Shown in pieces: positions 1 to 12,315 of a stretch of DNA of 64,000 nucleotides. Both the position numbers and the translations under genes were made by a program. Under the pieces are notes generated by a model. That model was not told the origin of the DNA. It worked only from the letters and a program-made list of their open reading frames with translations, and searched no databases. Position 1 is the first letter of the stretch, and every line of letters begins with the position of its first letter. Source of the DNA: Ostrea edulis (lineage: Eukaryota); contig NC_079171.1 of the NCBI RefSeq assembly GCF_947568905.1, positions 19,592,001 to 19,656,000 of the forward strand, written 5' to 3'.

Positions 1-271
1 GCCGAACAAGCATCACGTGAATGAAAACAGCCAACAGGACGTCACGATTCAAAACTACTTCCCGAAATTCTTTATTTGATGTAATGCATGTTCCGCCTTC
101 CTGGAATATCCCATAGAGCTCTAGCTGTCTACAACACACTCGTTTCGTGGGCCCCTCTGCCGCCTCACATTGTCCACATTGGCACCAATCCAGTTCATGC
201 GCATCTGACCGTTCTATCAACACGCGCCCTTCTGCGCATGCCTCTCCATTTGTCGTCTGTGGAGGAAACAT
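1..271 (-). CDS. Partial ORF with a P2X7 C-terminal (ballast / Zn-coordinating Cys)-like domain, nested in the NPR-like intron; possibly transposon-derived
   Basis: Hand translation from ATG 271 is open to the window edge: MFPPQTTNGEACAEGRVLIERSDAHELDWCQCGQCEAAEGPTKRVCCRQLELYGIFQEGGTCITSNKEFREVVLNRDVLLAVFIHVMLVR. It shows the WCxCGxC...CC...CIT...F..VxLNxDVL pattern. Confidence 0.65.
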   Translation of the reverse strand, partial: MFPPQTTNGEACAEGRVLIERSDAHELDWCQCGQCEAAEGPTKRVCCRQLELYGIFQEGGTCITSNKEFREVVLNRDVLLAVFIHVMLVR

Positions 272-777
272 GGCTGCCATGGTATTTTAGTTTAACGTTT
301 GTAGTACATCGATATTATTACCACGAATAACGTTTCTTAGCTTAATACGATACCAAATTCTCCACCTTGACAACAATCTCAAAGTCTGGTACTGAGAATT
401 ATATATCAATCAGGAAATTTCCTATAAATAATTATACTTGGAAGGAAGGGAAAAGAAATCACAAGAATTCAGGGGGATGAATCAGGTATACACAAGGGCG
501 AAGTACAACAACATTTAAAGTCAAAGAAGCATAGAAGCCGTATTAATCAGGAAGGCAGAGATTATCATTAGAGAGCAAAGAAAAGAATATGTGTGTCTTT
601 GTGTGGACCATTGCCGAATTCAGGTTGAAAACATTTTCAAGAACGGAGCTTTGAAATGTCAAGAAGTAAACATTCTAAGCGTCATTATTCTACATAAACA
701 GACATTGTATAAAATTTCCATTATCATTACTGAGTGCATGAAATATGGAGAGAGAGCACAGAGGTAACTTGACATAC

Positions 778-904
778 CCTAGTGAGACTGAGATTGCTGC
801 CTTGACGTCTCATCTTCCGGTCGTTTTCCATGGTACCGAACATTATGTCGTCCCACCGCACGCGCCAATTCATTTCCGCTAACTCGGCCTCCAGCTTTAT
901 ATGT
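778..904 (-). CDS. NPR1: NPR-like receptor exon 8 (cytoplasmic juxtamembrane, leading to the kinase-homology domain); gene continues off the left edge
   Basis: Acceptor TCTTAG|A, donor AGG|GTATGT; 127 bp. Encodes HIKLEAELAEMNWRVRWDDIMFGTMENDRKMRRQGSNLSLTR, resembling the LExEL...WRVRWED segment of receptor guanylyl cyclases. The cyclase domain is not in the window, so GC activity is inferred. Confidence 0.9.
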
Positions 905-1080
905 CTAAGAAAAAGGAATACACTCACTTTAACTTCGATTCAATAGTCAATGTATTTATCATATCAGACAACAAAAAGGCATTGTAGGCATGTTAGACAA
1001 ACAAAGTTTATCACGCGAGGCAATAGTCAATGTATTTATCACATAAGGTAGCAAGCAGTCACTGGATTTATTACATCGTA

Positions 1081-1433
1081 TAGTCAGTTTTTAAATCGCG
1101 GCAAGCTACTGACAAACAAGTTGATGGTACAGGGGTTTCAACAGTCTCGATTGAAGTCGTTATAACGATCTAGTTCGTCAATACAACCTATCATTGGGTC
1201 AAATCCTGTCTGGCGTGTTTCATACCGATTGTTAGGCCGTTCTTGACACTCCGTTTACCTGATCAGGATACAATGCTCACGGTGCGTGTGACCGGTCGAC
1301 AGGGAATGCTTACTCCTCCTAGGCACCTGATCCCACCTGGTGTGTCCAGGGGTCTGTGTTTGCCCAACTATCTATTTTGTATTGCTTATAGGAGTTATGG
1401 GATTGATCGCTGTTCGTTATCTTCACCTTTCAT
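1081..1433 (+). mobile_element. 3' fragment of the same Penelope-like family
   Basis: Matches the reverse complement of 3727-4110: FLNRGKLLTNKL coding end, GTTAGGCCGTTCTTG, CCTAGGCACCTGATCC, TTCGTTATCTTCACCTTTCA. Confidence 0.8.
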
Positions 1434-2669
1434 GAGGCGACAAACAGCCATTGTATTTATCACGTGAGGCAACAGACAGTCACGGTATTTATTATATCAG
1501 ACAACAAACATCATTGTATTTATTATGTAAGGCAAAATAGTCATTGTATTTATCATGTCAGACAAACAAAATTAAAATACATCTTGAATTATACAAAAGT
1601 CAAACATATTCCTGGATTAATCCGGCACAACCCTTTTATATACGAAACTTTATTATATGAGTGTTGATTCTTTTTGTCAGCTTTGTAATTCAATAATTAG
1701 GTGTAAATCATTTTTACAAAAACATTATAACAAGAATGAACCAAGGTAGGGATTGTCAAGAATAAAAGGTGGTAGACAAGGGGGTCTAACTTCCCACCAT
1801 TCTCTTTATCATGCACGGAGATTCTTGCTATTAGATTAAGAGGTAATAAACTAATACGGGGATAAAGATAGGGAAAGTCACAATTTAACATCAAAATTTG
1901 CAGATGATATTACTCTTTTCTCAGATGGCACTAGACAATCCTTGGGGGCTTTTATTCAAGAATGAAATGTATTCAAACAAATATATGGTATATCAGTAAA
2001 TCGCAAGTTACGTAAATTTAAAGGAAAAATGAACACATATTTGACATGGGAAAATAGATATTTTAAAGTACTGGATATAGAATTTAACGGAATTACGAGA
2101 GATTGTTAAAAGTATTCTAAATATTTTTTAAATGTATTTAAACTTTGTTAAAAACATGTGAAAGAAGAAATCCCCCCTATTGCTTGTACCACTGTAATTG
2201 AATCACCTGTTATATTCAAACTGGTACATTTATTGATTACTTTACCAAATCCATCTAAAGATATGTTTTCTTTGAATTCTGTCCTCATTTCAAATTAACA
2301 AGAAAGAAGTAGCAGTGCAGGATTATAAAAGGGGAAAACTTGATTGGTATAGAGAATGTTAAAGACACCATGAAAATACCTTGGGTGAAATTACTTAAGG
2401 TTTCTGCCACATGACAGTCATGTATAGATGCAGATATTGATATCAATAAAGTTACTTCTTAAGGGCCACTTTATGCTCTACAGAAAGTGGGGAAATCTAA
2501 GGAACAGTTTTGGTTTGATGTATTTCAATCTTGGAATAAACTTGTTAATTGTTATACACATGACGATAATACCACTCAAGCACAGTTGTCTTCAAGTGCG
2601 TTATAGTATAATGGGAACTGTATACCTTAAATATTGCATTCATGGAGTGTTTCTTTTTGTTTCACGTTC

Positions 2670-2885
2670 TGTAAATGATTTTCACTCATATTCAGACGTC
2701 ACCAGTCGTAGGTGAAGTACCTACGGTTAGCGCTCACTGCTGTAGCAGTGAGGGTTCTTTAACGTGCCAACTCCTGTCGCGACACGGGATCTCCGAAAGT
2801 CAAATCTGAAAACCCTTGATTCTCACTTCTAAATGTCAAGCGTTTGGCGAAGAAGCATTACGAAGCGAATGCTCTACCGCGACCG
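2670..2885 (-). mobile_element. SINE fragment, same family as 49378-49715
   Basis: GACGTCACCAG..GTAGGTGAAGTAC..GTAGCAGTGAGGGTTCTTT..GACACGGGA..TTCTCACTTCTAAATG is the reverse complement of the 49.5-49.7 kb copy. Confidence 0.7.
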
Positions 2886-2982
2886 TGAAACTAAATCAGA
2901 TATCTTTCAGAATTGTAAATGAATGGATTATTGAAACTTTTTCATTTAATGTTATAACTAGTAAAATGAGCATATGGCTGTA

Positions 2983-3148
2983 TCATGAATGACTACCTTA
3001 AATATATGTATATTATGTCGATGTCATGAACGACCACCTTAAATATATGTATATTATGTCGATGTCATGAATGACTACCTTAAATATATGTATATTATGT
3101 CGATGTCATGAATGACTACCTTAAATATATGTATATTGTGTCGATGTC
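2983..3148. repeat. 41-bp tandem repeat, ~4 copies
   Basis: Unit TCATGAATGACTACCTTAAATATATGTATATTATGTCGATG, starts at 2983 and 3024. Confidence 0.9.
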
Positions 3149-3726
3149 AGTGCAGAAATTTAGTGTTGATATATACAATATACAAGAATGACCATGTTGG
3201 AAACTTACAAGTAAAAATGAAAGTTACTTGGGCGACAAGAATGTATAGTAATTGCAATGATATTTTATATCCCTATAATATATATGAATAATCTTTCATT
3301 GTATTTTCTGTAATTAAGTGTAAATTAAAAGACTGCCATTATGAGAGGGCCTTTGTCCTTGGCACACAAGTGCACTATTGATTCTACACGAGTATGAAAG
3401 GTATTGATTGTAATATATTTTTCTTTTTGCTGTTCTATTCTCTCACTGTTCCTTTATTTGATAGCTCTTGTTACCTGGACATTTAGTTACATGTAATATT
3501 CATATAAATACCCCACACCCAATGGTTAGGTTGGAATTCGGAGGTTTGGAGAAGTCTTGACCAAATGAATCAACAGTCACTTCCCAAATAATGCCAGGGT
3601 AATAGGCAGTTACTGTAAATGCAGCATATTTAGCGATTTTCTCTGATGTAGGCCCCAGAATACAAGGCTTTTCGTGGTAAAGATGTGAATCGCATCCGGC
3701 GTATTACAGACTACGCAGGACATCTG

Positions 3727-4740
3727 TGAAAGGTGAAGATAACGAACAGTGATCAATTTCATAACTCGTATTAGCAATACAAAATAGAGAGTTGGGCAAA
3801 CACTGACCCCTAGATATACCTGAGGTAGGATCAGGTGCCTAGGAGGGGTAACCATCCTCTGTCGAACGGACACACCCGCCGAGAGCCCTATATCAGGTAA
3901 ACGGAGTTATCCGTAGTCAAAATCAGTATGCCAAGAACGGCCTAACAATCGGTATGAAACAAGTCAGACAGCATTTGACCCAATGATAGGCTGTATTGGC
4001 AAACTAGATCGTTATAACGACCATATAATTTGCGATTTGCTGATTTTATACGAGACTGTTGAAACTCCAGCACCTTGAATTTGTTTGTAAGCAGCCTGCC
4101 TCGATTTAAAAACTGACCATACGCAGAACAAACTCTTGCGTATCGAATCAGTTGAGATATATAAACACCATATGCAGGTGATAATGGATTATTACTACAT
4201 AAATAAGGGAAGTCGACGATGGAGAAGCTGAAATCATCCCGTTCGTCATAAAGTTGAGTTGATAGTTTGCCGTTAATATATATTTCCAATAAAATATCTA
4301 AGTATGAAGCAGAAGTGGACGACTCTGTGGTGTATTTTATTTCGAGTTTCACTGGGATATATCGAATCGACATATGAATGGGAATTATTATTGGTAATAG
4401 ATATGTCGAATATATATAACGAATATGTCGATATGTCATGTGATCCAATGGTCGATATATCTAAATGTCAAATTGAAGGCCACAACAAGATATTTTTTCT
4501 TCTCACGTAGAAGTTTTTGAATAAATTCTGCTTCATATGAATATAAAAACAGTTCAGCTAACAAAGGAGTACAATTCGTGCACATGGGAATTCCAACAGA
4601 CTGTTGGAACAGATCACCAAAGACCACGAAAATATTGTCAATGAGGAACCCCAGCATATTTTTAATTTCAAATTCTGAGTACTTGTGCATGGAATCAGAG
4701 TGGTGTTTAACAAAGTAATTTTTTGGATGACTGATCACTG
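3727..4740 (-). mobile_element. 5'-truncated, disrupted Penelope-like retroelement (RT C-terminal half + 3' UTR)
   Basis: ORFs 4436-4738 and 3942-4448 give QQSVGIPMCTNCTPLLAELFLYSYEAEF..TFRYID and LYDERDDFSFSIVDFPYLCSNNPLSPAYGVYISQLIRYAR, typical PLE RT motifs. The YIDD region is broken by a short insertion/frameshift. Confidence 0.8.
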
Positions 4741-6786
4741 TGATAGATACAAAAATCTATTTGCTGTCATTTTTGTTTTCGTCTTTTAGATATAAAATAT
4801 CTTAAAGTGGCCTATTTTATATAAATGCATTTATTTTCAGTTGAACAAAATATTTTATTCGAGAACAAGCTGCTTCAGTTTTACACTTGGACCTTATGTG
4901 CACAAAAGATGGCAACTCCCGAAAACATTTATTTGAATAAAATATACAAAATATTCAAACATATGAGAGAAGCGATTTTTCTATAGGAATAAGAAGGGAA
5001 GTAATTGCTCAGTTAAGAGTTAATTTGGAGAGTGTGTCATCTATCTTGTCATGTGACCCAAAGTGTGTTCAATATAGTGATGTATCACATCCGAGGTTTT
5101 TTTCTCGACAACCGAGTGGTACTCCGATTGACTTTAAAACTGTTGACCTCTCACTATAATCAACAATGTGACCGCGTCACAGACAAGCATGCATACACAC
5201 ACATTTTTTGTCTTTCTGTCAACTAGGAATTAATCTATCACCTCATCATCAACGTGAATTTGGAATATATAATGGCGTACATATTAAATTTATTATTCTA
5301 AGTTACTTGATCCGGAGCCCTGTTCTCTTGACATGCGCGGATCATCAGATCAAATTCTATGCTCCGCGTCTTGTTTGATCTAGCCTGGGTTTTTCGTGTG
5401 TGTGTGTGTGTGAGGGGGGGGGGGGGGGGGGGCAACAAATCTTGGAATTAGAAATAAGATTTTACTTAAAAGACTGCTCAAATAAAAAAATCAGTTTGAG
5501 ATATTTTTCGAGAAATTTAAGATTCGATTTAACATTTTTTGTTGAATATGAATTGTCTTTATTTTTGTAGGATAGATGTAAGTACTCATTGAGGTATAAT
5601 ATTTGCTCATAAACTAATAATATCTAAATAAATTTTCCACGAAGTTGTGCATTAACTAAACAGTATTTTTGGCATATGCGTGACATTTGCTGCCTATGGA
5701 AACTGATGAAAGCAAGCAGCCACAGTATTTATCATGTAAACCACGTAACGTACACCCGCTACAGGGGATCTGTTTTTGCGTTTTTCAATGTTCGTAAAAA
5801 ATCAGGTAATCAAATTTCCCTTTCATGAAATATATTTCTTTAAAAACAATTGTTCACCAAACGGAAATTTGCACCATGCAGTGTGTACTGTTCCCGATAG
5901 AGAATGCTCACATATAGCGATTTATCAGGCGCTAGTAAGACATAGGGAATGATAGATCTAAATATTCTGTACATTCTGGGGAAATAACGCGATAAAACGG
6001 ACAATCTGTGAAATCAGAAACTATAATGGATTACTGAAGGAAAGCCTTTTTTCTATGTCTTCTCATTCTTAATTTGGTACGTTGGAAACAGTCCAGTGCA
6101 GTACCGAGTCTGCTAGACAGCTCCCTAATTGAAAATTCATGGCCTTTTATTTTACAGACATACTACTTTCAGTAGCATTGTTTCAACGACGGTTAAAGAA
6201 TAAAGCTTAATGAATTAGTTTCTAAATACGCTACACAAATCCAGCCATTAATTGTTTTTGATGGTATCACAATTTTCCTGGATCCTTCTGTTTTCGATCT
6301 GTTGCTCACTACCAGGCATTCACTGTTCCATTTCAGGACATTTAAGACAATTTTTGATTTACGGTGTCTTTTTGTCGTTTTTTTGGCCCAGATCATTATA
6401 TTGAGTATTCCTTCTCCTCTAACTAAATCATTTCCTAATTTGGCAGATATTTGGATGGAGTAATTTGGAATATTAAATTAGAACAGACGATATAATTGGC
6501 AGTAATGAATGACGTCAGAGATGTGACCTGACAGTCTCAGACGCTGATCCCCTCTGCCGACAATAATGCACAATCTTGGATTTAATCCATTTTAAAAACC
6601 TTTATGCGTTTGTGAACATAAACGGAGAAAACAAACCTTCAGCAATAATTTGGAAAAAAAATTAATAGCACGCAACTTGTAATGTCCCTTCGTGATTTGC
6701 CAGAAACTGGCATACATATTAAGGAGAAAGAAAAAAACCCAATTGAAATGCCTATAATAGAATTCTAAGAATTGTATATATAAACA

Positions 6787-6920
6787 AGTGAAGATAACGA
6801 ACAGTGATCAATCTAATAAATCCTATAAAGAATACGAAATCAAGAGAAGGACAAACACGGACCCATGTACATAGCATATGTGCTCAAGAGAAGTAAGCAT
6901 TCCCTGTTGACCGGTAACAT
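6787..6920 (-). mobile_element. Short 3' UTR fragment of the same Penelope-like family
   Basis: GTGAAGATAACGAACAGTGATCAATC...CAAACACGGACCC...AAGTAAGCATTCCCTGTTGACCGGT matches the 3' ends of the other two copies. Confidence 0.7.
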
Positions 6921-7049
6921 ACATATTTAATTCTGATACAAAAACCCCCCAAAAAACCCACTAACCATCGTGATAACTGTATGACGAGTCCGATGTATAT
7001 AGACTAAACTTCGAGAAGAAGAGAGAGATATACACGAAGAGGGATAAAT

Positions 7050-7395
7050 GCATGAAGATAGATAGATAGATAGATAGGTGCATATATAAATAAGTAAATA
7101 GATAAATACATGTAGATAGATATATAATAGATAGCTGTAGACACATGTAGATAGATATATAATAGATACATAGTTACTAGACATGTACGTAAGTAGGGAG
7201 GTAGATAGATAGATGTAGATAGATTGATAGATAGATGTAGATAGATAGATAGATGTAGATAGATAAATGTAGTTAGATAAATAGATGTAGATAGATAGAT
7301 AGATAGATAGATAAATGTAGATAGATAGATGTAGATAGATATAGTTAGATAGATGTAGATAGAGAGATGTAGATAGAGAGATGTAGATAGAGACA
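7050..7395. repeat. (GATA)n/(GATGTA)n compound microsatellite
   Basis: Direct inspection. Confidence 0.95.
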
Positions 7396-8697
7396 CAGAC
7401 TTATGAACATTATGTACATATGTAGCAATAACGGACTAATCACCGCGATGACGTTTTGAGAAATACACAGAAATCTTTGAAATGGGGGCTGTGGTTTTCA
7501 TGCTTGTGTAATCTAAAAATAAAAAGATGAGATTGATACAGGAAATTTCTATTGATATCGGTGTCGAATGTGTTTCACTACAAATCCGTCATAAATCACT
7601 CATGGGGCTCATTCTCCTTTGTCTGCCATCACAACTCTTACAAAATGAATATCAGCTTTTGTGGCAGACAGAATGCGTTGTATGAAGTTCCGTGGCATAT
7701 GTTGTACAGTTCATTCATCTTGTCTGTTCGTAATCAAATGTTTACATCCCCAATGTATTTGCCTTTGTTTCTTTAGAAATTATAATGATAGCCATTTCCT
7801 TATGAATGTGACGCTGTTGTGAACAATGCGCGTATGAATCTTGATAAATATAGTGCGTCTATTCTAATGACTGGGAAATCTGACAGAAACGAAAGCAGAA
7901 TGTGAATTAAGAAAAAAAAAAGGAATTTCATTTTTCAAGACACGTGAAGACACTATGAAGTGTAACGTGCTTCATGGCGGACACCGACGGCATGCATCGC
8001 AGTATTTTCAAAAAACTGAAATTTCTTTCTTCAATAAAAATTTCAAACCCCGAGAAGTAAAAAGGCGATATTTTTCGTGATAAAAAGTAACATTTATTTC
8101 TTCTAATGTTTCTTAATTAGAAAAGTATGGTTTGAAGTGAAATTTGTAAATTGTTATCAATGACTTTGAAAAAGATACGGTCATCAACCCCGGGGCCTCC
8201 TGAAACGAAGGGCGAAATTACAAGGTCACTGCGACCGGCTGTTACTGCATTACTAAGAATGTGAAGCAAATATTTCTGACAAGTGACCAGTTACCCAGAC
8301 GTCGGCTAGTTCACATTAATTCACTGTCATTGTACACTGTCTCTTCATAATCAATATTCATGCCCCCTTAACTTTTCTTTCCTTTTCATTTTTATGACTA
8401 TTTGCCACCAACACATGTCTTGGTACTCAGGAGAGCTAAAATCTTGAAAGTTATTTTGTCTCTTTAATTTCAGAGTCCAGACCAATCCACCCTATTGTAA
8501 TTAAAGGAGTTGTTTGTCCATTGAAACATATCTATTATTTTTTTTAAAACAACACAAATAAATATCATTTATGAATGTAATGATTAAAATCAGAAATCAC
8601 GCATTTTTCTTTTACACTAATCTAAAGTAATGTTGAATACCAAATGCAATTTTTTTTTTTAAATAAAAGAACTGCTACATGTACTATCTTTTGACTC

Positions 8698-9019
8698 TCA
8701 CATGTAATATTAGTCACATGTATTATTAGTCACATGTAATATTAGTCACATGTATTATTAGTCACATGTAATATTAGTCACATGTATTATTAGTCACATG
8801 TAATATTAGTCACATGTAATATTAGTCACATGTATTATTAGTCACATGTAATATTAGTCACATGTATTATTAGTCACATGTAATATTAGTCACATGTATT
8901 ATTAGTCACATGTAATATTAGTCACATGTATTATTAGTCACATGTAATATTAGTCACATGTATTATTAGTCACGTGTAATATTAGTCACATGTAATATTA
9001 GTCACATGTAATATTAGTC
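8698..9019. repeat. 16-bp minisatellite, ~20 copies
   Basis: AGTCACATGTA(A/T)TATT, with the two variants largely alternating. Confidence 0.95.
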
Positions 9020-9057
9020 AATCGGTGTGATGACATTTGGGACGTTCGATAGAAAGA

Positions 9058-9150
9058 CGTCACCATGATGTCCAATAGTGACGATACTGACGTCACCATG
9101 ATGTCCAATAGTGACGATACTGACGTCACCATGATGTCCAATAGTGACGA
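9058..9150. repeat. 33-bp tandem repeat, ~3 copies
   Basis: GACGTCACCATGATGTCCAATAGTGACGATACT. Confidence 0.9.
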
Positions 9151-9249
9151 TCCTGAACACAAACTGACAACGGGATTTATGCTCAGCTACAGACTTTTAA
9201 GAACTATGAAGTTAAATTTAAACTGCAGCATTTACTATTACACTGTATA

Positions 9250-9745
9250 TTCTTTAGAGAGTTATTCATGACGGGTTACACTATATATTCGCTAGAGAGA
9301 GTCTATTCGTGACTAGTTGCACTGAATATTCGCTAGAGAGAGTTATTCGTGACTGATTACACGGTATATTCGCTAGAGAGGGTTATTCGTAACGCGTTAC
9401 ACAGTATATTCGCTAGAGAGGGTTATTCGTGACTGATTACACGGTATATTCGCTAGAGAGGGTTATTCGTGACTGATTACACTATATATTCGCTAGAGAG
9501 AGTTATTCGTGACTAGTTACATTATATATTCGCTAGAGAGAGTTATTCGTGACGAGTTACAGTGAATATTCGCTAGAGAGAGTTATTCGTGACGAGTTAC
9601 AGTGAATATTCGCTAGAGAGAGTTATTCGTGACGAGTTACAGTGAATATTCGCTAGAGAGAGTTATTCGTGACTGATTACACTATATATTCGCTAGAGAG
9701 AGTTATTCGTGACGAGTTACACTGTATATTCGCTAGAGAGAGCTA
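9250..9745. repeat. 40-bp minisatellite, ~12 copies
   Basis: TTATTCGTGACTGATTACACNNTATATTCGCTAGAGAGAG. Confidence 0.92.
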
Positions 9746-10243
9746 TACGGGAACTTCGTAGATTTCTCTGGGGTTGAAAAGTAATTTTGGGTTCCTGGTA
9801 CTAATCAGTCACGTGGTCTAAATTCTGGAGCATTTGACACAATCACATTACATCATCTAACCATTGTATTGTAATGTCAATCAGAGTTATTTTCGGTACA
9901 GTGAAACCTGTCTAATCCGACATACACTGGGATACATTTTTGTCCAAATACAGAGTGTGTTGATAAACAGTGTGTCGGAATAAACAGTGTAAAAATGAAA
10001 ATATGAAATTGAGAATGAAGAAAATGGTCGGAATGCCTAGTCAAACGGGTTGCATAAGGGTTGGATTAGGCAGTTTTCACCGTGTAATGCTTGTTATTAC
10101 TCTGTATGGTCTACACGTACAGGTATCGGTATATAAATATGTATTGTGCTCCCTGTGTTACCTAAATTCCTATAAATATTATTGCAGTGACATACCTGTA
10201 TAATACATATATATCTGTACATATATATTCCTGTGTCACCTAC

Positions 10244-10328
10244 CTGTATATAAAAAAAGCCGCCACCAGCACTATCACCAGTAGAGTTCCCAGTACAATG
10301 ATAACGATGCCATACTCAGGGAATGGCT
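10244..10328 (-). CDS. NPR1: NPR-like receptor exon 7 (transmembrane helix)
   Basis: Acceptor TTTTAG|AG, donor TAC AG|GTAGGT; 85 bp. Encodes (K)PFPEYGIVIIVLGTLLVIVLVAAFFIY(R). Phases match exons 6 and 8. Confidence 0.92.
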
Positions 10329-10389
10329 CTAAAATACAAATACACAATGCTTTAATCAATGCATTAAGTACAGGTGTGAAGTTTTATTT

Positions 10390-10745
10390 AAACAAGACAC
10401 CTGTGGGTCACATAACTCACCTGAACTACTGCATTTTATTATGCAAAACATTACATCTAAATCGGGGGGGCCCCTTCTTTGAACCCATGGTATGAACAAA
10501 CAAGCTACTCAAAATGAAAATACTTGGATATGAAATATGACTTATTGATTGTGCCCTTATGATTCTCAAGTAGAATTTTTTTTAATTTTTCCTACATAAT
10601 CCTATGTAAAACTTTGAATACCTTATATCCCAGAGCCCTGAACAAACCTGAATCTACATTATATAGCAAAACTGACAAAGAATTTGATAAATGGCACCCT
10701 TGTGACAGACAGTCAGACAAACGTCGATCTTAGAAGCTCTGACAC
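10390..10745. mobile_element. Degenerate non-autonomous element resembling bivalve Helentron-associated (HINE-like) repeats
   Basis: Starts AACAAGACACCTGTGGGTCACATAACTCACCTGAA and ends GACAGACAGTCAGACA...AGAAGCTC. A similar start occurs near 44865 (GGACCATATCGCTCACC). Recognised from memory of such elements only. Confidence 0.35.
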
Positions 10746-10919
10746 TTTAATTTTCATATCCAGGTGAGATAAAAAGGGTATATCAAGGACTTAAGTAGAA
10801 AATTTAAAAAGTTTGCAAATCATATTTTATCAAACACCCAGTGTACCAGTGATTAACTATTTCATAGATATATTCTTCTGTACAGTATAAACGTTACACA
10901 AATTCGAAAACACCCTTAC

Positions 10920-11058
10920 TTTCAGGAGGACATTTGGCACCGTCGAATCCACACTTAGGTGTATCGGGTGGTGCTGACTTCCTGTTTCCAGCCCAGTGAA
11001 TTTGCTTGTTGGGGACCGGCATATATTTTTTGTCTTTACCAAAGTAATTAGCTACCAC
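10920..11058 (-). CDS. NPR1: NPR-like receptor exon 6 (membrane-proximal ectodomain)
   Basis: Acceptor TAACAG|GTG, donor GAA A|GTAAGG; 139 bp. Encodes VVANYFGKDKKYMPVPNKQIHWAGNRKSAPPDTPKCGFDGAKCPPE, with the juxtamembrane PxDxPxCGFD..C motif. Confidence 0.93.
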
Positions 11059-11433
11059 CTGTTATAAAATGAATGTAAAAATCCCAAAATGAAACAATCA
11101 TTTTACTGTCCAGTAGACAGTGCAGATATCCTTGTACTGTTGAGTTATTGTTGGAACCAATTTTCCCTAGAAAAATAGTACTTTTCATGAAAATACCTAA
11201 TATTTCGAATCTTCCAGAATTTTTTAATAAATTTCAATAAATTGCTTTACTTTTCTGTTAATGATTTCTTGTTTACATTTTCAGTCAAACTGACGACATC
11301 ATTTCAATGTTTAATAATCATCATGAAAACTGGCTTTGAAATTAAATGGACCAGTGATAGATGCTTTCAAACTCCTATTTCTGGAAATCGAGTAATGATT
11401 TATAAGATTGAGATTCGAACTTGGGATTCTGAC

Positions 11434-11525
11434 CTCAAACTTTCCATTTTTGGGGTTCATGTCTAATAAGGAGTAGTCGGCGTTTCGGTCGCCATTGCTG
11501 TCTATGCTGACTGTTCCCGTGATTC
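11434..11525 (-). CDS. NPR1: NPR-like receptor exon 5
   Basis: Acceptor AAATAG|GA, donor GAG|GTCAGA; 92 bp. Encodes (G)ITGTVSIDSNGDRNADYSLLDMNPKNGKFE (family motif GITGxVxIDxNGDRxxDYSL). Confidence 0.93.
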
Positions 11526-11875
11526 CTATTTAAGAAACAAACAGAACATGTTATCTTCAAAAGACTTGGACAGAAACAAACAGACCATGATAGCTTTAAA
11601 ACTAGGACAGTCTTACATAACAAACATACCATGATAGCTTTAAAACACAAGGACAGTTAGGTTTATAATAATTTATAATATTCTGAGCAATTAATTCTAA
11701 GGTTCTGAATATTGGTAACATTTCTTCACGTGTTTATCCTGAAGTGGTTTTGTCTTGTATTTATTGTTTAAGAAGACCTTTGACAAAGATCGATAACAAT
11801 CCACATAATTGATCTTGAAAGTATTTCTGATTGCTGAAATCACGCGTTGTCATGTAATTGCGGGAAATAGCTCAC

Positions 11876-12011
11876 CTTCAAATGTTCTGTTCCACATCCG
11901 GTGGGTGATTTCCGTCCCGTTCGTTATGGAGCGGTTATTGGCCAGAGTCTCGTTCAGTGCTAAGGCATAAAGAATGACTGCGTCATGAAACGCACCGACA
12001 AAACTATTCAC
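11876..12011 (-). CDS. NPR1: NPR-like receptor exon 4
   Basis: Acceptor TTTCAG|GTG, donor GAA G|GTGAG; 136 bp. Encodes VNSFVGAFHDAVILYALALNETLANNRSITNGTEITHRMWNRTFE (family motif FHDAxxLYAxALNETL). Confidence 0.93.
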
Positions 12012-12315
12012 CTGAAACGAAGTTAGAAGGACACTGTGTAAGTGTGGGACAAGTAAATGCAATTTTTTATTGTTTTTTTTTAAAAGTTCATGGCTGTAAA
12101 CCTAACTCACATCACTCCTTAAGTAATCAAACGCCAAACAAAGAATACCATATATAGCAAAGAGTATCACGAATTGTGTTTTCATTTTCAATCAACTTTT
12201 TAAACTTGGATGGAATGCGTTGCGTAATTCTATAAATAAGCTAGTAGACTAAATATAGCCATTGGAATTTTCCATTACTTTGAGGTGCCATACATGCAAT
12301 AATGACGTCACTAAC

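Noticed and set aside
88-330. 80-aa plus-strand ORF in the track
   Set aside because: It is the antisense shadow of the minus-strand Cys-rich ORF, which carries the recognisable motif.
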